NCBI GenBank assembly: GCA_036172245.1
Contig: JAYWIR010000035.1
Span: 930,001 to 994,000, forward strand
Reading direction: 5' to 3'
From: Raillietiella orientalis
Lineage: Eukaryota
Length of the DNA stretch: 64,000 nucleotides
This document shows positions 13,419 through 24,900 of this stretch, in pieces. A model generated the notes under the pieces. That model had not been told where the DNA came from, made no database searches, and was given only the letters and a program-made list of their open reading frames with translations. The translations under genes were made by a program, and so were the position numbers. Numbering within the stretch: the first letter of the stretch is position 1; every line of letters begins with the position of its first letter.

Positions 13419-16400
13419 ATGCCTACAATAAATCATAAGGGAAAACTTTGGGCTGTTAAAGTAACAACTATGGATGCTGAATTAATATTCAATATTGAGG
13501 TTTGTAAACATGAAATATTTAGCATTTATCTTCAATATTTAAAATATGAATTACAACATTTTGAATTTTTCAATTGAGTATTTATGTTTATTAGTGGCAC
13601 ACTCCTGGGAAAGATTTATTTGATTTGGTTTGTCGAACAATTGGGTTGAGGGAAACTTGGTATTTTGGCCTTCAGTTTGAAAATACAAAAGGAAATATGG
13701 CCTGGTTAAATCTAAAGAAAAAAGGTTTGCAAATCCATAGTAATTTCGCATTAGTACAACATTACAATTTCAGTCAAAGATCAACATGTAAAGTTGGAAT
13801 CTCCTGTGTGTTTTGTTTTCCTCGCCACATTTTACCCAGAAAATATAGCAGAAGAATTAATTCAAGAAATAACTCGACATTTATTTTTTTTGCAAGTTAA
13901 GCAAGCTATTTTAAATATGGATATATACTGCCCTCCTGAGTCATCTGTTCTTTTGGCCTCATATGCTGTGCAAGCTAAGGTATTTATTATGTACTACTAA
14001 TTGATAATTCGAAGTGTTTAATAATATTTCCACTTCCTTATGTATAGGAATGATCCCCACAAATAACTATTTATTTTTGCTTGACCTGAAGTTCTTTGAA
14101 TAAAATTAAGTTAATTTTCGTATTTTACTTATTTTGTAGTGATCCTTTGCAAGTTCACTAACCAGTTGTGTTGTATTTTTTTTACTGTAGTACGGAGACT
14201 TTGATGAACAAATGTACAAGCAAGGGCAGTTTTCAATAGAGGAATTGTTGCCTCAGCGAGTTTTGGATCAGTACCAGATGACAGCAACAATGTGGGAGGA
14301 GAGAATTAAGGTTTGGTACTCAGATCACAGAGGAATGACCAGGGATGAAGCTGAATTGGAATACTTGAAAATTGTTCAGGATTTGGATATGTATGGAATA
14401 AATTATTTCCCTATCAGGGTAAGAATTCATGAGCATTATTTATTAATTTTTTAGGTTCTCTTTACTTTTTTACTGTTTATCAGTTCCTAAGTTTGGTTGA
14501 TTTGAAATGCATTCTAATTTTAATAATCACCATGAATTTTAACTTATGGTGATCATTGAATACCTCATGTCATTGATTACATAAAAGTACTGTCTTCCTT
14601 GATTGTACTTTACATTTATAATAAATGATAATGCAGAAAATATTTTGAGCCTAGCTGCATTGTTAACGTAATGAGGTTTTGTACTAGTTTTTAAAGGCAA
14701 ACTTAATATTTATCTAATATGATTAAAAGTGTGACATTCTTTGTAAAGTTGTTGCTTTCAAGCATAAGATTTTAAATTGGAAGACACATGAAGGTATTGT
14801 ATGCCAAGTGTCTTACTCTTAGTAGCTGACATATGTTCCTAACAAAAGCAACCAATACATTTTGGAATGAATTCAAATTTCATATATTGAGCCTGTTAAG
14901 GATGTTTGAGCCATTAACTTATTCATTAAAAACCTTTCTATGTATTTAGCTATCAAGATAAGAAGTAAATTGTGTAATTATTCTTATTTGTTGTCATTTC
15001 CTAATGTTGGAAATTAGCATTTTGTATTCACTCGCGATTTCTGATTTAATTTTTTGTCGTCTTATGCTCTGGCTGCTGAAAGGCTGAACACAAAAAATAA
15101 TGCATCAACTAAGAGTAGTTTTAACAACCAATTTCCTCCGAATCTCTCACAAGAATTGACATGGTGTTTTCTTATTTTATCAGAAATAATAGTAAGCCAC
15201 TTGGTAAGGGATATGGAATTTTCTGAGGACACAGAATTTCAGAATACCATAGAATCAGCACTCTAGAACGTACTCTTTTTATGCATTTTGTTGATTGGTT
15301 GTGTATGGTAGTGAACAGTTCTATGTGAAGATACATAATAAAAAACATAAATACAAATGAAACAACATAATGTGAGCAAAAAATGCCAGGAAATATTGTG
15401 GTGAAATTTTAGAAAGTAACTTTCCATTCACAAACTCGATTTGAATATAATCAAGTACCATTCGTAACTATTTTTTAGTTCATATTAATTGGGAAAGTGA
15501 TTGGTTGCATGTTTCTAATCTGTTTGGGGATTTCTTTTAAATTTTCTCGTATTAATGTCTAATCTAGTGATCAATGCAATGGTTGAAATACAGATATGTG
15601 AACTGAGGATTTAAATTGAATGAACTCGTGGTGTTTCAGTCTTCAAATCTGCATCATTGCTCAGACCGTTTTAGTGTAATCTGAAATAGAAAGTTTGCAT
15701 TGTTTGCGTATTTATATTATTTGTTTACATTATGTTGCTTCTTATAGAATTTGAATTTTGTTTAGTTGTTCATTAATTAGTTATGTAAATGTAAATGAAA
15801 ATTTTATAAAGGTATTTTTGGGTAGTTGCAATTATTTGGACTTCAATTGGCATTAAAATTTCCATTGAATGCTACATTTAGCATAAATGGTAACAGGGTA
15901 TGTTATGTGAAAGTATTATCAGTATTTTCCTATTTCCAAATTTCAATTCTCTATATCCTTATTTCTAAATTCCCCACATTAAGTATAACAAAATCATGAG
16001 CTTCATGATATCAATTGTGTTTTATACCATTGATGGCTCAAAATATTCAATGTATTAAAGTGTGCCCTTAACGATTTTTAATTAAGCCTTAGCATTATTA
16101 ATTGTTTTAAGTGTTTCATTTTCATATTTGTTTCCTCACAATTCTCATACAATGTCTCTTTTTGTTCTTTCATCTAATGTATTTTAAGGGTAAAGTTGTT
16201 TTTTCCACTGTATAATTGACATTTCTAGTATTGCTCTTTGCATTTCATTTACAATATAATGTATTCTTGATTGGTTTATGCTCCCATTTATGAATCAAAT
16301 GTCCTTATCTTAGTATTACCATCAATTTGTTTTCAATGAGATGATGATGTGTAAGCTCGAGTTCATCATGTGCATCATGTGTTTATGAGAGTACATATAT

Positions 16401-19400
16401 TTGGTATATTAAGTTTCAAGTGATTCTTTTAATTTCATTCCTTGTGAAGCGTCTGCACATTTTACTTTTGATATCTACTACTTTCCTGAAATTCTTGAAT
16501 TGAGCACTGTGAGTCTTTGGTCTGTGATGTTTAGTTATAATTTCAAAAATGCAGACAAGATGAATGTTATAACATGTTGATGTGTTCTTAGTTCTTAGTG
16601 TAATAAATAATATTAGACCAAAGATTTCATTCGGGACCTAGAATTTGAGGTCATTTACATGATTTGTATGTGAAAATTGGTTGCCATTTCCATTGAATAC
16701 AGAGAATGTCCTTATTGAGCTAATATGATTAGCGATCATTTCGATTTCTGATTAAATTGGTCCCGTAAATAGTGTATGTGATTAATACAATTGGATTGGC
16801 ATGTAACTATTGAATTTATTCATATTTAATTATGATTTTAGCGAAATATTCGAAAATAATTAAGCTCTGCTTTCTTGTTTTACTTTTCCGGGCCTTACAC
16901 ATGAATCTCTTGGGTTGTTTCATTTTGTTTTTTTGCTTGCGAAATCCCTTTTTGTTTTTGTAGTTATCAAAATTGTAATTTTAAACATTTCTGAATGAGG
17001 TGCAAGATTAAGTGCAGACTATTTATGCATTCAGCTCATTCATTTCATAGACTGCTCATTGATTTTTCTCATTGCAGTTTTACAATACAATAGCATAATC
17101 CAAAATAGAAGAGCATAGAATTAGCTTGACTATGAAAGCTAATGGACTATTGCATCAAATGCAAGGAACTTTTTTTCATTTCGTTTTTCACTTCCAAATT
17201 TGATTGTCTCATAAGACATTCATGCATAATCAATCTCAGGATTCATTTAATTTTTTAATTTCTTTTTTTTTTTATAGTGCATCTTGCTTGCATTTTGTTA
17301 CTTGCATTGCATGACTTGTTTCACCTTATGTGCTTTCATTGTATCCATGTTAATTACAATCTTGTGGCACCTAAGTAGAAGTTTCACCTCAGCAACCATA
17401 TTGCTATTGTAGCTTTAGTGAAAATTTGATGCAGTTTCCGATTATAGTTTTGTTTAACCCTGATGCAAATGCAGTTATATTCCTCAAAGGAGGAATTTTT
17501 TCAAGTTTACAGTGCAGTACACAGGTTGCAAATTTCTTGTAATGCAAAGGTCGTAAGAACATATTGGTAATAATGTAGTAAAGCAGATTTCTTATCAGAT
17601 ATTTCACAATAGATATTTTGGGTCTATTTAGTTTCTATTCTGAGTTGTTTTTCTTCGGCTAATGAGTTTACTACATTTGATAATCCATAGAACTAATGCA
17701 TATTTTATTGAGAGAAATTCCACCGGAATTAAGTATCTCATTTCCAAAACATTGAAATTCCGAATGGCTTCTTCCTTTTTTATTCCTTTATAAATAGATA
17801 ATGAAAGATTGCTATTATTACACACTATTGGGAATTAGAAAAATGAGTGCAAAAATTTGAGTTAGTAAACAACGCAGTTTTAATAAGGATCAAAATAATT
17901 AGTCTGTCAGCAAAGTTCATTACTCTAAAGTTCTACTGATTGAAATTCAAGCCTTTTTATTGTAACAGGTTATCAGTTTCAGTAATGGTGTATAATGCAT
18001 GTAGATATGAAATAAAATTTAGAAAAAATATTAATGATTTTAGATTCATCCTATTTTTAGAACAAAAAGGAAAGTGAAATTTGGTTAGGTGTTTGTGCCT
18101 TGGGCTTGAATATTTATGAAAAACCTAACAAGCTGGAACCAAAAGTTACATTTCAATGGCAAGAAATAAAGAACATTAGCTTCAGCAATAAAAAATTCAA
18201 AATCAAAATGGTTGAGAAGAAGAACCCTAGTTTCACCTTTTACTCCAGCAAGGCTAATATGAATCAGCTGGTGTGTAGCCAACCTGCTCAAGATGGATTC
18301 CAAGGGCAGCAATTGGCAGATTCTGGACCTGTGCATTGGCAACCATGACCTGTACATGAGACGAAGAAAACCGGATTTCATTGAAGTGCAACAAATGAAG
18401 GCTCAATCAAAAGAAGAAAATCTGAGGTAAGTTTTCAGAAGTAGCTGATGGAGAGACGCCAGTCTATAGGCGTCAAGCAGAACGTAATAAATTGATAAGG
18501 GAGAAACAGCTTCGAGAAGAACTAGAGCATCAGAAGATGCAATTGGAACAACAGTTATTACAATATCAGACTGAAACACAACTAGCTAAAGAAGCATTGG
18601 TAAGTTTTTTTTGAAGGAAGATCAGCATTTGTAAAAAAATGTTTCTAAGCAAAAGTGTGAGGAAACCGTGGAATTATTGGCAGAAAAGTCTCGAGCTGCT
18701 GAAGAAGAGGCTATGTTATTATCAAAGAAGGCTACCGAAGCAGAAAAAGAGATCCAAAAAATTCGTATTGCAGCGATAAAGGTTAGAACAGTTTGAATAG
18801 TATAGGGTGTGAATTTAATTTAGACAGAAGAAGAAAAGTGGATTCTAGAGAAGAAAACACGGGAAGCTGAACTAGCTGCTGAAAAGCAACGAGTTGAAAA
18901 TCAAATTTTGCAGATGGAATTAGCCAGAGCTCGTATTCTAGAGATGCAAATGAAAGAAAAGTTGGATGAAGTTTTACAAACTCCTTTAAATTCTCCTTTG
19001 GTAAAGAGGTTATAGAAAATCGCTCTGAATTCCACAATACAAACAGATCATGGGATCAGCCTTGAGTGCTAATGAGCATTCCATGCTTAATTCTTGTAAC
19101 CTCATAGACTCAGTGAATCCCAATCTTACTACTCAGTGTTTGGCGAATGACCAGAATTTGCTTGCTTACTCTACCAACAAATCCCATTTCCAACAACAAT
19201 TATGTAATTTAAAATCGGAAATGGACATGTTACAAATCAGTGATAAACAGAATATTCTGGATCAACTTCATGAGGAGCAGCAAGCCAGAGGGGAAAATAA
19301 ATACTCTACACTGAAAAGAGTAAGATATGGAAAAAAGCTAGGTTTTTGATTTCTTGTTCTAGATCAGATCTGGTACCACGAGATCAAGGGTGTCATATTT

Positions 19401-19413
19401 TGAAGAACTGTAA
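13419..19413 (+). CDS. NF2: Merlin / neurofibromin-2 (FERM domain, alpha-helical domain and C-terminal tail), ~574 aa, 11 exons
   Basis: Exons 13419-13499, 13595-13724, 13774-13979, 14191-14418, 18061-18270, 18320-18426, 18470-18599, 18650-18781, 18824-19000, 19047-19319, 19363-19413. Motifs: [77 protein letters not shown]. The C-terminus [10 protein letters not shown] is Merlin-type rather than ERM-type. Confidence 0.95.
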
Positions 19414-19438
19414 TCTCTTGTTCATTGATACTCATTTG

Positions 19439-19444
19439 AATAAA
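19439..19444 (+). terminator. AATAAA polyadenylation signal of Merlin
   Basis: AATAAA 25 nt after the stop codon, followed by GT-rich sequence (TTGTGTGTTGG). Confidence 0.6.
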
Positions 19445-19626
19445 TAGAGGAGACTGATGAACCTTGTGTGTTGGGAGGTTACGTCCCCATACCCTAGTTT
19501 ATAGGGACACACTTGGTTCTAGGAATATTGTATTTAACGTTTGACCTATTTATTTTATTATATAGGCGTCATCAAAGTAGCCTCGCAGTAGTGTCTTGAT
19601 GTGAAATCGAATTCTTCATCATCATC

Positions 19627-21044
19627 ATGACACGAGAAGAAGATGAATTGGATGATGCTCTTCCAGAGGAAGATGCTGCGAAGGGTTTTTATGCCAAATA
19701 TGAACCCAAAGAAATTCTTGGCAGGTTGGTATTTTTCAGATCAAATGTTGTGTTGTAGTTTCTGCTTTCTTCAGAGGAGTGAGCTCCACTGTACGTCGCT
19801 GCATTGAAAAAGAGACTGGACAGGAATTTGCAGCAAAGATTATAGACATTTCAGGTGCTGATGGACAGGATCTGAAAGTGTCCACTCATCGTGAAATCAG
19901 TATTTTACGTATGGTAGCCGGACATCCCTACGTTGTTGAGTTACACGATGTATTTGAGTCTGCCACATACATTTTTTTGGTTTTTGAACTATGCCGCAAT
20001 GGCGAGCTTTTTGATTATTTAACTTCAGTGGTGGCTTTATCCGAAAAAAAAACTAAGTATATCATGAAACAATTGCTGGAAGCTCTGCAGCATGTACATC
20101 AGCAGAACATTGTACATCGGGATGTAAAACCCGAGAATATTCTGTTAGATGACAGTTTTAATGTGAAACTGACTGATTTCGGTTTTGCTCGTCACCTACA
20201 AACAGGGGAGATGCTTTTTGGTGGGTAATTCGCAAAATTACCCAAATTAACATTTTGATTGCAGAGCTTTGTGGAACACCAGGTTATCTGGCTCCAGAGT
20301 TACTCAAATGCAACATGTATGACACTAGTGATGGTTATGGCATGGCAGTTGACATGTAAGTTTAGAGTTTTGAAAGCATCATGGATTCATAAATTCATTT
20401 TAAAGTATGGGGACTGAGTTGAAGATTTACTGTATTGTAGGTGGGCTTGTGGCGTCATTATGTACACCTTATTAGTTGGCTGCCCACCCTTTTGGCATCG
20501 CAAACAAATGGTGATGTTGAGAAATATCATGGAAGGACGCTTCAGTTTTGTCACTCCAGAATGGAGTAGTGTGACTCATTTACCCAAAGATCTTATAACC
20601 AGATTATTGACTGTAGACCCACAGAAGCGGTACACAGTAGAGCAAGCACTAAAGCATCCTTTCTTCCAAGGAATGGTATACAGCATCACACTTCCGCATG
20701 TTTTTCACCTCGTTTGTAGCCAACAACATTCAGAAAACTCAATGCTGTCAGGCTGTTTAAGTTTGCTATCACGTGCATTCGAGCAATGATTCGGATTCAG
20801 CGATTAAAATATACTCCTGAGCCTTTATCTGTCATTAAGTTGAGACTCGACCCCTATAGCTTACGTGCAATTCGCAAAGTAAGGATTTATTTTGTAGACA
20901 CACAAAATTAATTGATTACAGGTCACAGATGCAATAGCGTTTCGTGTATACGGCCACTGGGTGAAGAAAGCCGATGATCAGAACCGTGGAGCACTATTTG
21001 AAAACAGTCCCCGCTGCGAATACCAAACCTCCATTCACCTCTAA
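19627..21044 (+). CDS. PHKG: Phosphorylase kinase catalytic gamma subunit, ~383 aa, 6 exons
   Basis: Exons 19627-19724, 19775-20220, 20265-20355, 20441-20675, 20720-20878, 20922-21044. Motifs: [63 protein letters not shown], and the calmodulin-binding tail [10 protein letters not shown]...[11 protein letters not shown]...QNRGALFEN. Confidence 0.96.
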
Positions 21045-21527
21045 GTGATTGTGTAACGTATCAGATAGCAATTGACTTTCGAGGAAAATAGAGAATTGCA
21101 ATTTTAGACACTTTTAACTTTTTGCATACTAATAATATTGTTGTGTTATATAGGGATATATATAGAGAGATATATATAAAAAAAAATCATGTTTGAAAAT
21201 ATGTCTGAAGTTTTACTCCGAACTTTTAGCAGCTCCTCGTGTTACCGTTCATGATCGATAGTGGAAGTTTTTTTTTTTTTTTTTTTTTTTTTTTCCCTTC
21301 CGCGAAGCACATGTGATTGCAGGGTACCTCCTACCTTTCATTTCGTAATAAATGATTGGCTGGGACCCGTATGATGCTCGTTTGTTGAAATGGCAGTGTG
21401 TACGTCAAAGTCCTTTCGTATATCCGATTTTCTTAATTTGAGAGCGTAGAGGCTTTTCCCAGTTTGCGTTGATACGGAAAGTACGAAAGCCGAGACTTGT
21501 ATTTGCGAGATGTGTGAAATGTCATCG

Positions 21528-21682
21528 CACGTGATATTGCAATGTATCACAGATTTGTTGCCAGAAGTTCCAATCGCATCCAGTTCGAATCGTTCTGTTT
21601 TCGTTTTTGTCACAACCAATGCTAATCTACGGATGCTGAGCCAGAAGTAAAGTGGCATGAAAAATCGATGTTAAAGCACGTG
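21528..21682. promoter_or_regulatory. Two canonical CACGTG E-boxes upstream of the Mnt ATG
   Basis: CACGTG at 21528-21533 and 21677-21682, plus CACATGTG at 21308-21315. Function is inferred only. Confidence 0.4.
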
Positions 21683-21915
21683 ATTATTATCAAAAGTGTA
21701 CAACTCATGTCATGTTAAGCCCCACCTTCGCAGAACTGTTCCCTATTATGTATGGAATGAAATCCTAGATCAGTTTAAGCCCATGATGTGATTCATTCTC
21801 TTGACTGGACTGTTGTTGCTTTTCCAAAATTTGTGAATCTTGCATCGAATCTTCAAAGCATAAAGAAAAAGGTTGCTATAAATGCTCCTGCAATTTCCAT
21901 TCTGCTCAATCGAAA

Positions 21916-24900
21916 ATGAATATAGAAACTCTTCTGGAAGCTGCTAAATATGTTGAGTTTCAATCACAGCAGTGTACTGAAAAGTGTAAGCTGTTATGCA
22001 CTATATTTTGATTTGTTCACTTATTATTATTATTATTTTTGTTCATTTTTGTGGTAATGTGAATGCCTCATGTAAAAAACATTTGAGTTGCAGAATTTTT
22101 ACTGTACGGATGGTGAATGTTGAATCCTACTGTGTGTTTTTTTTATCATTTTTAGTACGGAATCATGAAATGGATTCAGATCATGCAGACATATTAAACG
22201 AATTATTCAAGCCGTTTGTGAATATTTCTGGAACAGTGAATTTCGAAAACTCATCCCCGCTTAACGTTGTATCTGCTTTTTCTTGCCCATCCCAATCAAT
22301 GCTGACAATAAGTCAGCCAGCGTCCGTCTTACCTACTTATGTACCGAAGTTGGATGAATTGGTCCAAGATAATCGGAAAAGATCAAAGTATTGACTTGTT
22401 TGCATGTTCAGTTTATCAGTCAGTATGAGTTAATAAAATCCTAGTAAAAAAATAATCCAGTTGAGCTTCTTTAGTTTCCGATTTTATGTATTTTAATTAT
22501 AACTGTCTTGTGATGTTTTTTGTTTTGTTTTGTTTTTTCTTTAAGCACAGTAAAAATTCTTGTTTTTTTTAAAAAAAAAAAATAAAAAAAATTATATTAA
22601 CGGCTCCACTGCTTTTACTTAAGAACTGTAAACAAAGAATTCACTGCACAGTTGACTAATGCTGAAGCACTGCATATATTTGCAGCTCAGGTACACGGGA
22701 AGTGCATAATAAGCTGGAGAAATTCCGACGCGCTCATTTAAAGGAATGCTTTGAATTTCTTAAAAAACAACTCCCTAATTTGGATGATCGTAAAGCTTCC
22801 AATCTTAGTGTTTTGCGTTCTTCACTTCGCTGTATTCAGGTGAGTGTTTTCTAGGTTACCATAAGTTTTGTTCTCTTGAAAGCATTTTTGGATCGGAAAC
22901 GTTTAATGCGGGAAATCATTAATAATTAATCGTGTAAGCATTGGAATGTGTTCCATGTGTATGGAGTATCTAACACTTTCGAGTCGATAAAGAGTGGCCG
23001 CTCAGATCTGTGCAGCATGCTTTCTACCTGAAAGGAAACACGTTTTATTGATGACGTCAGAATAGGCGAAACCCAACCTGTATGGGGCGGTGGTGTGCTG
23101 CTTGTCTGCCGTGTGGCTCTTTGCCTGGTGGTGCATCCACGCCAGTCTTCTCAAACGTCTGGTTGCTGCTGCACTTCCTTTTCTTTTTTTCTATCATAAA
23201 AAAAAAAGAAAAGTTTAAATAATCGCGTGGTGAACAAAATAAACCTATTTGTGTCTCTCACTGTGGTACAGAGAAATGTTCAAGAAGCCACATATAACTA
23301 AGCGACTAAGACTTCAGCATACTGTAAATGTTTTCTTGGCTGCATTGAATTCTTTTGGAAGTTTCATGTGGCCGCCAAAGACGCCACGTGCCCCATTCAT
23401 ATTGCTTTCAAATCTTCGATTATTTACGGTTTGAGATTGTAGGTGAAATTCACATCGATCACAACTGCTTCAGGAAAATCATTTTCCTACGGTGGATTTG
23501 GGGATGTCGAACATTCCGTTACGCCCAGCTTGCTTGTTTGTTTTTTCAAGTACAGTTTTTGAAATGGATTCAAATAAAAAGTTATTCTAAAACTTGTCAT
23601 GTGCACAAGCATATTCAGGAGTGTATGTGTAAAAAGATCTTTGGATACTAATCTTGAATCCCATCTGAGATAGAACTTATTCGTATTAAATGTACATGCT
23701 CTGAAAGGAAATTAGGTTTTTCGTAAGTGAGTTTTTTGTTGCTGCTGCTGCTGTTGAGTTGCTCGGACAGGTAATTGTGGCAATCGATAGAAACAAATTC
23801 AAATGACCTGTAACTCTTCTATATGCAATACCATGAATGTACAACAGCTTCTTTTCGATTGAATGGCCCTGAAATCAAGTTTGTGTCTACTACGGGATGT
23901 ATTTGTTTTTGGAATGCTCTCGAGATGTAAGGTTGATCCGCCAAAAGGCTCCTTAAGGCTTATCTTGATTCCTTTCTTATTGCGGAAAAGTGCACATGTA
24001 CGGATGCACGCTCTTCCGAAAATTCATCTGCGGAAAAAAAATATTTTCTTTCCCCTCAAGTTTTATAAGGGAGAAGGAAAAACGCAAATGTTCCCTTATG
24101 GATTATGCCCCGAGCGATTCCCTCGGACCCTAAATAGTGCAAATCATACATTGCTGCTCTACGAGTTCACATGTGAATATTTAATGACGTGGAGTTTGAG
24201 TGTCCATAAATCTTTGAGAACACATCTGGATTATATGCATGCATGCCAGATTTCATACGGTACGCAAGATTTCATAACTTTTTCCGCACTCGAAAGGGAG
24301 TATAATGTGAGGAATGCGTACATGCCCACTGTCTTGATCTCGCATTACCGTACACGGTGAGGAGCTATACAGATGATACTTCACAAGCAGATAAAGCAGA
24401 ATTCTTCCACGAAACTGATGCCTTTTCTGTGTGAGAGATTGGTGACGAGCTTTCATTGTACTTGTAATAATGCTTATCCTAGTTGTGTACCTGTGTACAC
24501 TTCTTCATTGCGTTACTCTACTCTTATCCATCGCGGGTGGTCATGGGAGCCGTGCCATTCATGTTGGTCTAAAAACACACACACACGGCTTTGTACGTTA
24601 CATTATGTAACAGGCAAGCACGATAATTGTGCAGGAAAAAAAAAAGCACTTTCTCATAATTTCCGTAATAAATTCTAAAATCAATTCACAAAGAAAGTGT
24701 TTATTGTGTTTCGTATATAAGTAAACTCTCTCGTTTCATCTCGAAATGTTTCGTAGTTGGTTTTTTGTTTTGTTTTTTCCTGACTTTGCCTGATGGTGAT
24801 GATGTTTCTTATGGTTTAAGGTCGTTGTAGTTTGTGCATGTTTTTCTCTGTGGCGATGGCATGTCTCACAAGCAAGACACCGACAGAAAGTAGATTGCTT

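Noticed and set aside
21268..21294. 27-nt poly(T) run upstream of Mnt (similar run at 56409-56430) as an outron or promoter signal
   Set aside because: Similar T runs occur at 27578-27601 and 53258-53278 with no gene start, so the signal is not specific.
22720..22730. Mnt basic region LEKFRR instead of LEKNRR
   Set aside because: This position varies among bHLH proteins, and the DNA-contacting His, Glu and Arg residues are intact.
23863..24678. 165-aa and 101-aa ORFs in Mnt intron 3
   Set aside because: No domain similarity, coding bias or convincing splice context.
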